Source: an uncultured virus (IMG/VR IMGVR_UViG_3300025108_004750)
Lineage: Duplodnaviria > Heunggongvirae > Uroviricota > Caudoviricetes
Length of the DNA stretch: 64,000 nt
Virus record (IMG/VR): IMGVR_UViG_3300025108_004750
Strand: one strand, 5' to 3'
Positions within the stretch are counted from its first letter, which is position 1. Each line of letters starts with the position of its first letter. Position numbers and translations under genes: made by a program. Of the stretch, positions 37,786-48,330 are shown piece by piece. The notes beneath the pieces are model-generated. The model did no database searches, was not told the origin of the DNA, and was given only the letters and a program-made list of their open reading frames with translations.

Positions 37786-39933
37786 ATGAAAAACCTTGAG
37801 ACCATAGCCGACGAATTATTTAATAAGATACGTGGACGTTTTCCTAATATTACAGTAGGAAACGAATCTGCTGAAGTAACTAACAAACCTAAAGAAGCTA
37901 GATTTTTTGAATTTGACTTTGCAAGTGGAAAAAAAGTTAGTGTAAGTATTGACGAAAAAGCACTTACGGTAATGTATGGTCAAGATTTATTTGCAGAAGA
38001 CGAACATGTACTTAAAAGTAAATGGTTTGACCTTTTAAAAGAATTAAGAGTATTTGCAAAAAAGAGAATGTTAAATTTTGATACAAGAGATATAACCAAA
38101 TCAAACTTAGACAAAAGAGATTATCAGTATCTAAGCACGGAGAAACAAATGAGCGAATCAAAGATGTATGGAACTAGCAGAACTAGTTACCAAGATATTG
38201 GAACAGCAAGACTTGTAGTAAAGCATGCTGGCCCAGTTAACCACGAAAATGTTGCAGGCCGCACACAAAATGTACACAGCATTTATATTGAAAGTGATGC
38301 AGGCGAAAGATTTAGATATCCATTTAGACATATGAACGGTGCAAGAGCAATGGCTATGCACGTAAGTGAAGGTGGAAATGCATATGATGATTTTGGCAAA
38401 CATATTACTGGACTATCAGAAGAATTAAACAAACTGCGTAAATTTAAGACATACATGAATCGCTCAAGTGTAATGGCTGAAGGTTTAGCAGGATACATGG
38501 ACGTTGTAAACGAAAGACTAGCAACAGTTAAAAAGACAGTTGAGTCATTACAACGCAAATCATATTACAAAGAAACATTTGAAACTTTCGAAACAACCGT
38601 GCTAGAAGAAGTTCCAGAAGATGTTTCAAATACTTGGATTGACGAACTTACTATTAGACAGTTTAATGAAGAACTAAAAGGTGTATTTCCATATGTATAC
38701 AACTTAGTAAAAGAAGCAAACAAAGTAGAAGACTTAGACCTAGAAACATTAGGCGAAGAAATGTCTGAAATGGAAGCAGAACAATACCACTGTAAACATT
38801 GCGGAGATGTAATGCACAATCCAACAACTGATTGTCCACATGATGTACATGATGAAAATGGAAGACATTGGGTTGATAAAAATGGCAACGGCATTCATGA
38901 TGCAGATGAAGGCATAGTTGATCCACAAACAGCATATGCTGAAAAAATGGACGACATTATTGCACAGTCAAAACATGAACAAGAACCAAAAGAAAAGCAA
39001 ATGATGACAGCAGAAGAACAACAAGCAATGTGGGAAAAGTTTTCTCAGTGTGCGGCTGATGCGGCATCAAAAGGCGAAAAAATGTTTATGTTTGCAGGTA
39101 AAAAATATAAAACTACAATGAGTAAACTCAATGCAGAAAAGATTTTAGGCAAACGTACAGACGAAGAACAAGTTAATGAAGCATTACCGTTGCTAGGATT
39201 ATTAATTCCAGCGGCAGGTGCGGCACTAAGACTTGTTGCTCCTAGAGTATTACCAGGTATGGCAACAGGTGCAAAAGAAATTTTAAAATGGGGTGTAAAG
39301 AATCCAGTTAAAGCAACAATAGGCGGAGTAGCGGCGGCTAATCCACAAGACACAGCAGACGTAGTTGGCGGCGCAGTAGATGCAGTTCAAGGTGTTGGTA
39401 GTGCTATAAGTGGTGCTAACGATGCAATTGATTCCGCACAAACAGCTATCAAAGATATTGGAACTAAAGTAGCCAACACAGCAGATGATTTAAAAACAAT
39501 GGCGGCAGGCGCATTAGATAATATTCCAGATCTAAACAAAGTTGCAGGCATAGCAAAACAATATGCTATACCAGGTGCAGTAGCAGTTGCACTATTACTG
39601 GGCGGATATATGGCATATCAAAAATTGTTTGGCGATGAAGAAGGCGAAAAGGCCAGAGAAGGCGATAAAGATGCAAAAACAATCGATATCAGTCCAAAAG
39701 GACACGGCGACGAATTAAAGCAAAAGAACCAGATTCCATTAGATGAATTCATTAAAGGTATGTACGATTATACTAGCAATGCTTTCCCTAAAGGTGAAAC
39801 AGCGGTCTTAACAGCAGTACAAAAACAGTACGGTGATGAGATGGTTGATGAAGCACAAGCAGTAATGGCAGATCTATTACGCTTGGAAGATACTGAAATG
39901 GCACGTATCCAATCCCTAGCAGGACTAAGATAA
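37786..39933 (+). CDS. large acidic hypothetical protein, probably head-associated, with modular inserts
   Basis: Late promoter; Glu-rich; Cys/His insert, hydrophobic inserts, C-terminal RIQSLAGL. Confidence 0.7.
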   Translation: MKNLETIADELFNKIRGRFPNITVGNESAEVTNKPKEARFFEFDFASGKKVSVSIDEKALTVMYGQDLFAEDEHVLKSKWFDLLKELRVFAKKRMLNFDTRDITKSNLDKRDYQYLSTEKQMSESKMYGTSRTSYQDIGTARLVVKHAGPVNHENVAGRTQNVHSIYIESDAGERFRYPFRHMNGARAMAMHVSEGGNAYDDFGKHITGLSEELNKLRKFKTYMNRSSVMAEGLAGYMDVVNERLATVKKTVESLQRKSYYKETFETFETTVLEEVPEDVSNTWIDELTIRQFNEELKGVFPYVYNLVKEANKVEDLDLETLGEEMSEMEAEQYHCKHCGDVMHNPTTDCPHDVHDENGRHWVDKNGNGIHDADEGIVDPQTAYAEKMDDIIAQSKHEQEPKEKQMMTAEEQQAMWEKFSQCAADAASKGEKMFMFAGKKYKTTMSKLNAEKILGKRTDEEQVNEALPLLGLLIPAAGAALRLVAPRVLPGMATGAKEILKWGVKNPVKATIGGVAAANPQDTADVVGGAVDAVQGVGSAISGANDAIDSAQTAIKDIGTKVANTADDLKTMAAGALDNIPDLNKVAGIAKQYAIPGAVAVALLLGGYMAYQKLFGDEEGEKAREGDKDAKTIDISPKGHGDELKQKNQIPLDEFIKGMYDYTSNAFPKGETAVLTAVQKQYGDEMVDEAQAVMADLLRLEDTEMARIQSLAGLR

Positions 39934-39963
39934 CCAAATTTCAGAATAAAGTCAAAATAAAGG

Positions 39964-39992
39964 TTGACTTTATAAGTAATAGAGTGTATTAT
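39964..39992 (+). promoter_or_regulatory. sigma70-type promoter for ssb-uvsX-uvsY
   Basis: TTGACT-N17-TATTAT. Confidence 0.75.
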
Positions 39993-40064
39993 ATATAAAG
40001 TAATGCACTTCGTAGGCAATACAAAACAGCTATAAGGCAATAAAACACATAGGAGGCTTATATT

Positions 40065-41060
40065 ATGGCAACACTAGCAGAAATCAGAGCAAAGCTCAAA
40101 GAGCAAGAATCAAATACTGGCGGCAATCGATCGTCAGGTGGCGACAACGCAATTTTCCCATTTTGGAACATGCAAGAAGGACAGAGTTCAACTCTAAGAT
40201 TCCTTCCAGATGGAGATGAGACAAATACTTTCTTTTGGAAAGAACGTTTGATGATCAAACTTCCATTTGCAGGAATTAAAGGTGAGACAGACTCACGTCC
40301 TGTACAAGTGCAAATTCCATGTATGGAAATGTACGGACAAACATGCGATATCTTAAATGAGGTACGTGCATGGTTTAAAGATCCAAGTTTAGAAGACATG
40401 GGTCGTAAGTACTGGAAAAAGCGTTCATACGTATTTCAAGGGTTTGTAACAGAGAATGCTCTTAATGAGGATTCAACACCAGAGAATCCTGTACGTAGGT
40501 TCATAATTGGTCCACAAATTTTCCAAATTATTAAAGCGGCACTAATGGATCCAGACATGGAAGAATTACCAACAGATTATACTGCTGGTGTAGACTTCCG
40601 TCTTAACAAAACATCCAAAGGTGGTTATGCAGACTATTCAACATCTAACTGGGCACGTAGAGAGCGTCCATTAGCAGATGCTGAAATGAATGCAGTTAAT
40701 ACTAATGGTTTGTTTAATCTAAGTGATTTCCTTCCAAAACAACCTTCAGAAGTTGAAGTAAAAGTTATGAAGGAAATGTTTGAAGCATCAGTTGATGGTG
40801 AAGCATATGACATGGATCGTTTTGGTCAATATTTCCGTCCAGCGGGAATGGCGGCAAGAACAGGTGATCCACAGGCTAAAGCAGGAACACCTGCTCCGGC
40901 AACACCACCAGCGGCACCAGCGGCAACTCCAGCACCAGCGGCAACAGGTATGACAGCAGAAGCTCCAGTAGCAGAAGCGGCACCTGCGGCAACTACAGCT
41001 GAAGCACCGTCAGGCAAAGCTGAAGACATTTTATCAATGATTAGAGCACGTCAATCATAA
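40065..41060 (+). CDS. single-stranded DNA-binding protein (gp32-like)
   Basis: LRFLPD, YWKKRSY, G.DF.L.K..KGGYADYSTS; AGGAGG SD; Pro/Ala linker. Confidence 0.9.
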   Translation: MATLAEIRAKLKEQESNTGGNRSSGGDNAIFPFWNMQEGQSSTLRFLPDGDETNTFFWKERLMIKLPFAGIKGETDSRPVQVQIPCMEMYGQTCDILNEVRAWFKDPSLEDMGRKYWKKRSYVFQGFVTENALNEDSTPENPVRRFIIGPQIFQIIKAALMDPDMEELPTDYTAGVDFRLNKTSKGGYADYSTSNWARRERPLADAEMNAVNTNGLFNLSDFLPKQPSEVEVKVMKEMFEASVDGEAYDMDRFGQYFRPAGMAARTGDPQAKAGTPAPATPPAAPAATPAPAATGMTAEAPVAEAAPAATTAEAPSGKAEDILSMIRARQS

Positions 41061-41074
41061 AATAATTAATCGTT

Positions 41075-41098
41075 TGTAGGGGATTAATTTCCCCTACA
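41075..41098 (+). terminator. intergenic hairpin between ssb and uvsX (weak terminator or mRNA stabiliser)
   Basis: TGTAGGGGA-TTAATT-TCCCCTACA; poor U-tract. Confidence 0.55.
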
Positions 41099-41121
41099 TT
41101 AGCTTTACATAAGGAGAAACT

Positions 41122-42213
41122 ATGGCTAAATCATTTGATGTTAGTAAGTTCCGTAAGGACTTGACTAAAAGTATAACAGGTATGAGTAGTGGCTTTAATG
41201 ATCCAACGGATTGGATTAGTACAGGCTCATACGCACTAAACTATCTTATTAGTGGCGACTTTCATAGAGGCGTTCCACTAGGTAAGGTAACAGTGTTTGC
41301 AGGAGAATCTGGCGCAGGTAAAAGTTATTTCTGTGCAGGTAACATTGTAAAACACGCACAAGATCAAGGTATCTTTGTAGTATTAATTGACTCAGAGAAC
41401 GCACTTGATGAAAGTTGGTTACAAGCATTAGACGTTGACACAGGAGAAGATAAACTTCTTAAACTAAACATGTCAATGATTGATGATGTAGCAAAAACTA
41501 TTAGTACATTTATGGCAGACTATAAAGCAATGAACGAGGAAGATCGTCCTAAGGTATTGTTTGTAGTTGATAGTTTAGGTATGTTACTAACTCCAACAGA
41601 TGTTGATCAGTTTAACAAAGGTGATATGAAAGGTGACATGGGTCGTAAGCCTAAAGCACTTACATCACTTGTACGTAATACTGTTAACATGATTGGTAGT
41701 TATAACGTAGGACTAGTATGTACTAACCACACATATGCATCACAAGATATGTTTGATCCAGATGACAAGATCAGTGGTGGACAAGGCTTTATCTATGCAT
41801 CAAGTATTGTTGTTGCAATGAAAAAGATGAAACTAAAAGAAGATGAAGCTGGTAATAAGATTAGCGAAGTACGTGGTATTAGAGCAGGTTGTAAAGTAAT
41901 GAAAACTCGTTATGCAAAACCGTTTGAAGGCGTACAAGTAAAGATTCCATACGAAACAGGTATGAATCCTTATAGTGGTCTTATTGAACTGTTTGAAAAG
42001 AAAGACTTGTTAACAAAGCAAGGCAACAGACTCAAGTATATCGATCTAAATGGTGAAGAACATCTTGATTATCGTAAGGCATGGATGACTCCTGAAAAGA
42101 TGAATCTTATTATGTCAGAATACGACGAGAAAACTGCGCCTGTGGTAAATACCGATGACGATATGCCCGAAACAGAGGCTGTCGCAGAAGCAGAACTTAT
42201 TGAACAGGAGTAA
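41122..42213 (+). CDS. uvsX: RecA-like recombinase
   Basis: ISTGSYALN, AGESGAGKS, IDSENALD, VVDSLGML, NHTY, SGGQG. Confidence 0.93.
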   Translation: MAKSFDVSKFRKDLTKSITGMSSGFNDPTDWISTGSYALNYLISGDFHRGVPLGKVTVFAGESGAGKSYFCAGNIVKHAQDQGIFVVLIDSENALDESWLQALDVDTGEDKLLKLNMSMIDDVAKTISTFMADYKAMNEEDRPKVLFVVDSLGMLLTPTDVDQFNKGDMKGDMGRKPKALTSLVRNTVNMIGSYNVGLVCTNHTYASQDMFDPDDKISGGQGFIYASSIVVAMKKMKLKEDEAGNKISEVRGIRAGCKVMKTRYAKPFEGVQVKIPYETGMNPYSGLIELFEKKDLLTKQGNRLKYIDLNGEEHLDYRKAWMTPEKMNLIMSEYDEKTAPVVNTDDDMPETEAVAEAELIEQE

Positions 42214-42218
42214 AGTAT

Positions 42219-42449
42219 ATGGATAGTAGTCTTGTAGTTGACATGTGGAATACATTTAAAGATAGTATTGATAAAAAGACAATTGAAACAACAGCTGAAA
42301 CTTATGTAGATACATGTGCCGACTATGGTGCAGATGATCAAACATTTAGAGATGCATTAGGTAGTTGTGATATTTTAGACAATGCTATTAACTATTATTT
42401 AGATCTTGAAGAAGATGTAGATGATGACGAAGAAGAATGGGAAGATTAA
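42219..42449 (+). CDS. small acidic hypothetical protein
   Basis: Intact ORF between uvsX and uvsY. Confidence 0.7.
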   Translation: MDSSLVVDMWNTFKDSIDKKTIETTAETYVDTCADYGADDQTFRDALGSCDILDNAINYYLDLEEDVDDDEEEWED

Positions 42450-42905
42450 ATGGGATATTACTCTGAAGTAGCTAGAGATATCAATAAGATCCCCACAGCA
42501 ATTAAGTTCTTTGAAGATGAACTTATTGAAGCCCGAAGTGAAGTAAAACTAAAAGGCAATGTTGAACGTGCCGCGGCAGAAATGCCCGGCATCGTTGAAC
42601 AGCGTTTCAATCAATTACAAGAAATTGAAGCCATATTAAATTACCTAAATATTGAGCTACGTAGATTACGTAGTTCATTTTTTAAAAAATATCTTGAAAA
42701 TTATCAACGTGCTTTGTCCAGCAGAGATGTTGAAAAATATGTTGACGGCGAAGCAGACGTTGTTGACTATGAAAAGATTATTAATGAGTTTGCATTACTT
42801 CGTAACAAATGGTTAGGCTTATTGAAAGGTCTTGATCAAAAACAGTGGCAGATAACAAACGTTGTCAAACTGAGAGTTGCGGGTATGGAAGATGCATCAG
42901 TATAA
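42450..42905 (+). CDS. uvsY: recombination mediator
   Basis: Coiled-coil, KYVDGEADV, KGLDQKQWQITNVVKLRVAG; next to uvsX. Confidence 0.8.
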   Translation: MGYYSEVARDINKIPTAIKFFEDELIEARSEVKLKGNVERAAAEMPGIVEQRFNQLQEIEAILNYLNIELRRLRSSFFKKYLENYQRALSSRDVEKYVDGEADVVDYEKIINEFALLRNKWLGLLKGLDQKQWQITNVVKLRVAGMEDASV

Positions 42906-43668
42906 ATTTCAAATTCCAAAAGGTTCTAAAGAGTTACGTGGACAACTGTTTTCTTATCTTTATAAACATTGTGATGTAAAAACAATAGAACGTCCAGAAG
43001 AAATTGAAAAAGATAGATATCTAGCATTTAGTCATCCGTTTGATGATTGGGTGTTTGATGCTATTCGTAAAGATCCTAGTATTAACTTCTTTCATTTAGA
43101 TAACGGATACATAGGTAATCATAGACACAAAAGACCTGAGTATTATAGAATAAGTTATAATGCACTACAGAATGTGCATGTACGTCCACCTGTAGGTAAA
43201 AGCAGGATCAATCACTTAGAAATAGACGATAATTTATGGCAAGATTGGAATGAAGAAGGTGATTACAATTTGTTAGTAATGCCTAACAACAGTAATATAT
43301 TTAGGTACTTAGGAGAAGATTATGACACATGGCGTAGAGATACAATATGTTGGTATGACAGTCTTCCAGAAAAATTAATTATACGAGAAAAAGAAGGCAA
43401 GCGTAGACAACGTTTTCAAGAGATACTTCCTATGATGATGAAAGCTAAAAAGGTAATTACATATCATAGCATGGCAGTAGTCGAAGCATTATGTTTAGGC
43501 AAGCCAATTGAAGTGTTAGGACAAAGTGCAGTACAACATTGGCAAAAACAATATGGTTTTGATAGAACAGAAATGTTAGAACATATTGCACACAGCCAAT
43601 TTAGAAGAGACGAATATGCAAATGGTGATGCTTGGGCAGTAACATTTAAATATCAATTGGAGCAATAA
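42892..43668 (+). CDS. GT-B glycosyltransferase-like (KpsC/KpsS-like)
   Basis: DNGY.G..YYRI, VITYHSMAVVEALCLGKP, AHSQF..DE...G. Confidence 0.5.
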   Translation: MHQYKFQIPKGSKELRGQLFSYLYKHCDVKTIERPEEIEKDRYLAFSHPFDDWVFDAIRKDPSINFFHLDNGYIGNHRHKRPEYYRISYNALQNVHVRPPVGKSRINHLEIDDNLWQDWNEEGDYNLLVMPNNSNIFRYLGEDYDTWRRDTICWYDSLPEKLIIREKEGKRRQRFQEILPMMMKAKKVITYHSMAVVEALCLGKPIEVLGQSAVQHWQKQYGFDRTEMLEHIAHSQFRRDEYANGDAWAVTFKYQLEQ

Positions 43669-44345
43669 TGTATACTGAAATAGATGGGTGGCGTTCACTT
43701 AAAAATGATATTTGTTTAAAGAGTGCAAAGAAGCAGGGTAATGGCGATATCAACAATTACCAAAATATAGAATTAATGACAGCAATGAGTTATTGTGCTA
43801 AATGGCGCACAGCAGTTGATGTTGGCGCACATGTAGGTATTACAGCATTTCAAATGGCAAAAAGTTTTGAACATGTACACGCATATGAAATTAATCCAAA
43901 AATTTATAAATGCATGAATTACAATTTAGAATCTCGTGCAGTAGGCAATGTAACAACGTATCCTGTAGGTCTTGGACAACGCAAACATAATGTTTCTATA
44001 AAAACAACAAACAAAAGTTTTAGTACACATGTTGCTCCAGATGTTGAAGGCGGCGATATACAAGTTATGCCTTTAGATTTTTACAATCTACAAGATGTTG
44101 ATTTTATTAAAATTGATGCAGAGGGGTATGAACCTTTTGTTGCCCAAGGCGGACTTGAAACTATTAAGCGTTGCTTACCAATTATACTTTACGAATGTAA
44201 AGACCATCCAATACGTTACGGACATACTGCTGATACAATTAGACATATACTTGCTCCACTTGGTTATAGAATGATTAGAAAAGTTGGCAGAGGAGAAAAG
44301 AATGCCATTATCGGATATAGACCAGGAATAGCAATAGATGTTTAA
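43668..44345 (+). CDS. FkbM-family SAM methyltransferase
   Basis: AVDVGAHVG, VHAYE, VDFIKIDAEGYE. Confidence 0.9.
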   Translation: MYTEIDGWRSLKNDICLKSAKKQGNGDINNYQNIELMTAMSYCAKWRTAVDVGAHVGITAFQMAKSFEHVHAYEINPKIYKCMNYNLESRAVGNVTTYPVGLGQRKHNVSIKTTNKSFSTHVAPDVEGGDIQVMPLDFYNLQDVDFIKIDAEGYEPFVAQGGLETIKRCLPIILYECKDHPIRYGHTADTIRHILAPLGYRMIRKVGRGEKNAIIGYRPGIAIDV

Positions 44346-45192
44346 ACTTCCTGAACTAAGAGGACATATGTGTCCTAGAGAACAACCTAATATAATTTAT
44401 TTTAGTTGTGATTACGATTATTTTGATCGTCATGGATTTGCACTACAACAAAGTATTAATAGAACAGTAGGTTGGGTACACGTACATTGTCATATTATTA
44501 ATGAAGGTAATATTGACCATACCTTACTAAAAGACCTAATGGGCAAATACAATTTTACATATACTTGGGAAGATACTAACGAACAGTTTTATAAAGACTT
44601 ACCTAAGAATAAAAAAATGATGGGTGAAGGAATACAAATTTTTAAAACTAATGATTTAGATTATATTGCTAGACGCACATACCTAGCCAGTGTAAGATTT
44701 ATACGTATGGCAGAAATATTTACACATCCACACCAAAGAATACTACAGATTGATTGCGACAGTATATTACGTAATGGCTTTCACGGACATGACTTTGAAG
44801 AAGTAACTAATGTTGTTGGTGTTATGCCCAAACCAAAAGAACAACATATTTTTATTGCTAGTGCATTAAGTCCAGGTATAGATACTAAAGGAATTGAATG
44901 GCGTAACCTATTTGCTAGAAGAATGATCACAGCATTTGAAAACGGATGTTATTGGTTTGTAGATCAAGTAGTACTACGTCAAGTAATGGCTGAATGGAAA
45001 AACATGGGTAACAATTATAACCATATTGGATACAACTGGAATAGTTGGGGTATTAAAAAGAATAATGTTTTTAGTACAGGCAAAGGTAATAAAAAAGAAG
45101 GATTAAAATTTAAACAAGCACAATTAAAATGGTTACCGCAACATTGGTACGAAAAGGTAATGGAAGAAATAAGCATAGAGATAAACAAATGA
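44338..45192 (+). CDS. GT-A-like glycosyltransferase
   Basis: ASVRF, QIDCDS (DxD), WFVDQVVL. Confidence 0.55.
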   Translation: MFKLPELRGHMCPREQPNIIYFSCDYDYFDRHGFALQQSINRTVGWVHVHCHIINEGNIDHTLLKDLMGKYNFTYTWEDTNEQFYKDLPKNKKMMGEGIQIFKTNDLDYIARRTYLASVRFIRMAEIFTHPHQRILQIDCDSILRNGFHGHDFEEVTNVVGVMPKPKEQHIFIASALSPGIDTKGIEWRNLFARRMITAFENGCYWFVDQVVLRQVMAEWKNMGNNYNHIGYNWNSWGIKKNNVFSTGKGNKKEGLKFKQAQLKWLPQHWYEKVMEEISIEINK

Positions 45193-45752
45193 AAGGTTAT
45201 ATAATTTACCTACCAAGTTATCCTGACAGTGTTAGTATGGCTAATCGTGCATTAGAAACAGGAACCAAATATGGTTGGAACTTAGAGTTATATGAAGGTG
45301 TCAACGGTATGAAACAAGGCCTTGCTGATTGTAATTTAAAAGTATACCAACACAAAAAAGCAGAACGATTACTTGCACGACCAGGTACACAAGGATGTTT
45401 TTTAAGTCAATACTTGTTGTGGCAAAAATGCCACGAAACAAATACACCAATATGTATATTTGAACACGATGTTGTTTTTAAAAAGCCAATGGGTGAATAC
45501 GAAGACTGTGATGTATATAAGTTTGAAGGATTCAAAAAAGCAAAACCTATACCACCTGGCAATTGGTATGAAGGTGCTAGAGCTTATCGTATTACACCTT
45601 ATGGTGCAAAAAAGATATTAAACTGGGTACATGCTAACGGAGCAATGCCTGCAGACTGGATGCTGTGCGACGGAATTGTAGATATGCGTTTCGATAAGTA
45701 CAGTAAAGTTACATACAAAACTAACGTAAGTTTTACAAAGGATTTATCATGA
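45189..45752 (+). CDS. glycosyltransferase family 25
   Basis: YIIYL, GCFLSQY.LW.KC, IFEHDV, AY.ITP.GA, PADW. Confidence 0.8.
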   Translation: MKGYIIYLPSYPDSVSMANRALETGTKYGWNLELYEGVNGMKQGLADCNLKVYQHKKAERLLARPGTQGCFLSQYLLWQKCHETNTPICIFEHDVVFKKPMGEYEDCDVYKFEGFKKAKPIPPGNWYEGARAYRITPYGAKKILNWVHANGAMPADWMLCDGIVDMRFDKYSKVTYKTNVSFTKDLS

Positions 45753-46534
45753 AGAGAATGGTTTATCAAGTAGCAGTTGGCTCACAAAGCAAACTGTACG
45801 AACACTGTATACAAAGTGTTGCAAACTATTGTAACAAATACAATATGAAACATATTGTTCAACGTGAACCTATACTTAAGATTAGACCAGACATGGCTGT
45901 AACAGGACGTAGCAAAGAAGCAGTAGAGCGTTTAGGTTACATGCCTATATACGAAAAAGAAAATGCGTTTACACACTTACATGAGTACGAACAAATTGCA
46001 ATTATAGATAGCGATATCTATATAAGACCAGATGCACCAAATATTTTTTGGGACCTTACTAAAGAGTATGCATTTGGTGCCGTAGCAGAACGTGAACTAC
46101 CTTGTGCGAAAAAATACAAAAGCAAAATTAGAAAATATTCAAAAGCCGCATTTGAAAACTTAACAGATGTAGATTGGAAATGGGATCATAGAGGTGCTGA
46201 GTTTTACAATATGGGAATGATGGTTATTAATTGCCAAAAGTTTTTACCATACCTAAAAGGACAAACAGCAGAACAATTTATACGCAGACTAGAGTTCAAA
46301 GACTTTGTAGACGGCATTGGATATCGCAAATGGTCAACTGATCAAATGTTACTTAACTATTGGGTAAAGAAAGAAAAGATTCCTACACTTAATATGGACT
46401 GGAGATGGAATGGACTATTTAAAGGTATTGATGATGCACAAATACCCAAGGCATATTTTATACATTTTTTCTTAAAAGATTTATTACCGCAAAAAGGTGA
46501 GAATGTTACAGACTTAATGCGGGTAATAAATTGA
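45749..46534 (+). CDS. GT-A glycosyltransferase (GT8/GT34-like)
   Basis: IIDSDIYI, YNMGMMV, TDQMLLNY, WN...FIHF. Confidence 0.75.
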   Translation: MKRMVYQVAVGSQSKLYEHCIQSVANYCNKYNMKHIVQREPILKIRPDMAVTGRSKEAVERLGYMPIYEKENAFTHLHEYEQIAIIDSDIYIRPDAPNIFWDLTKEYAFGAVAERELPCAKKYKSKIRKYSKAAFENLTDVDWKWDHRGAEFYNMGMMVINCQKFLPYLKGQTAEQFIRRLEFKDFVDGIGYRKWSTDQMLLNYWVKKEKIPTLNMDWRWNGLFKGIDDAQIPKAYFIHFFLKDLLPQKGENVTDLMRVIN

Positions 46535-47289
46535 AACATTTAGTAATGAGAGCTTATAGTACTGTAAAGAAAAACTTCCATTACGGTGCACCTGGACTAG
46601 GTGATAGGATACACAGCGTATTACTATCCTACAACTACGGCCTTATGGAAAAGAGTCCTGTAACTTTACATCTTACAAAGTATCAATGGAATAGACACAA
46701 GCCTGAAAGTTGGCCTGAAATAACAAGTTTATTTCCTAAAGGAAGTGTTGTAATTATGCCACATCTTGATTGCGAACCTACAGATAACATAGACTTTGTA
46801 AATCATGTAAGACAAACTTATGACGGACATGCACAAATATATGCAGACTATCCGCAACGTTTTGAACCAAAAGAAGGTGTAGATTTAACTCCATACCTTA
46901 CACACTTTCCACAATTAAAAGCAGAGCCACAAGATATTAAACTTCCTAAAAAGTTTATTACAGTACAGTTTGATAGCACATCTAAGAAGCGTATGATTAA
47001 GCCTAAGCAACGTCAAGCAATATTAGACAAGTATAAAGACTATGAAGTAGTTACTGTAGGTGGTGAATCAAAAGACATATTATTAAGAGACAGTTTAAAA
47101 CATATTGCATACGCTATGTCAAAAGCAACTTATCATGTTGGTGTCGACAGTGGGTTTATGCATATGTCACAAGTTTACTTTGCTCCAGAGAACATTCACA
47201 TATATACATTGAGCCCTAAGGACCGCTGGAGTCATCATATGCATAGGGCTAAAGATAACGGGATAAAAATAAATGATGGTATCAATTGA
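46531..47289 (+). CDS. GT-B glycosyltransferase (GT9-like)
   Basis: TTG start; PGLGDRI and HVGVDSGFMH motifs. Confidence 0.6.
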   Translation: MKHLVMRAYSTVKKNFHYGAPGLGDRIHSVLLSYNYGLMEKSPVTLHLTKYQWNRHKPESWPEITSLFPKGSVVIMPHLDCEPTDNIDFVNHVRQTYDGHAQIYADYPQRFEPKEGVDLTPYLTHFPQLKAEPQDIKLPKKFITVQFDSTSKKRMIKPKQRQAILDKYKDYEVVTVGGESKDILLRDSLKHIAYAMSKATYHVGVDSGFMHMSQVYFAPENIHIYTLSPKDRWSHHMHRAKDNGIKINDGIN

Positions 47290-47650
47290 AGTATCTGTTG
47301 GTGAACTATTTGACAAGATTACTATACTTAAAATTAAACAAAAGAAACTTACGGATGAAGACCAACTTGCCAATGTTAGTAAAGAACTAGAATATTTAGA
47401 AGATAAAACATTTACTAGTGACCCAGAAGTTAATGTATTAGTACAACACCTACAAGAAATTAACGAACAATTATGGGATATTGAAAACGGAAAACGGCAG
47501 TGTGAAGCTGATAAAAGTTTTGGTTCAGAATTTGTAAAACTTGCTAGAGATGTTTACATTAAAAATGATGATCGTGCAAAAATTAAAAAGATGATTAACA
47601 TAATTACAAAGTCAGGTATTGTTGAAGAAAAGGATTATACAAAGTACTAA
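47273..47650 (+). CDS. DUF6165-like protein (glycosyltransferase-associated)
   Basis: VSVGELFDKITILKIK, N..LWDIE..R, F..LAR.VY..ND.RA.IK..IN, EEK.Y. Confidence 0.75.
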   Translation: MMVSIEVSVGELFDKITILKIKQKKLTDEDQLANVSKELEYLEDKTFTSDPEVNVLVQHLQEINEQLWDIENGKRQCEADKSFGSEFVKLARDVYIKNDDRAKIKKMINIITKSGIVEEKDYTKY

Positions 47651-48330
47651 TGAAGAAACTGTTTATACATATTCCAAAAAATGCAGGCATGACTATACGA
47701 GGCAGTGAGTCATTCTTAGAACATATTGTTCCTGTGCATCGCAAATGGATTGCAAATTTTAAAGACTTTAAACACACTATGGAAAGTTATAATGAACGTG
47801 ATGTTAAAGGTGTAGAGCATGCACGTTGGAGAGATGTTAGCAGTCATATTACAGATCAACATCAAGCATTTGCTGTTGTACGTAACCCTTGGAGCAAAGT
47901 TGTTAGTAGATATTTGTTTGCAAAAGAAGCAGTACAACGTGGAAATATCGATCCGTCATATGCTGACACACGCTCGTTAGAACATTTTTTAGGTGAACGT
48001 AATAAATGGATTGATAAAAAATATACATGGTACAGAGCTGTTAGAGGCTGGCATCCTCAACTTGATCATGTAGTAGATAATCAAGGCAATGTACGTTGTG
48101 ACATACTACGTGTTGAAAATTTAAAACAAGACACAATGGCATATTTTGGTATGACAGAAATGCCAAGATCAAGAAACGTAACAAGTATTAAAGAAGATTA
48201 TAGAACATTATACAATAGCAACACAATGCAACGTGTAGCAAAATGGTATAAGAAAGATATCGATCATTGGGATTTTGATTTTGATACAGGAGCAAGGAAA
48301 AACATATGGGCTGGAAAGACTATAAATTAG
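47650..48330 (+). CDS. sulfotransferase (family 2)
   Basis: FIHIPKNAGMTI 5'-PSB loop, VRNPWSKVVS 3'-PB motif, Y..DI..W. Confidence 0.85.
   Translation: MKKLFIHIPKNAGMTIRGSESFLEHIVPVHRKWIANFKDFKHTMESYNERDVKGVEHARWRDVSSHITDQHQAFAVVRNPWSKVVSRYLFAKEAVQRGNIDPSYADTRSLEHFLGERNKWIDKKYTWYRAVRGWHPQLDHVVDNQGNVRCDILRVENLKQDTMAYFGMTEMPRSRNVTSIKEDYRTLYNSNTMQRVAKWYKKDIDHWDFDFDTGARKNIWAGKTIN

Noticed and set aside
38785..38810. c-type heme-binding motif in the post-terminase protein, linking it to hemE
   Set aside because: The sequence is CKHCG, not CxxCH, and there is no export signal.
40870..41010. CCAGCGGCA-type short repeats near the end of ssb
   Set aside because: Explained by a Pro/Ala linker plus forced GCG-GCA coding; not an independent repeat element.
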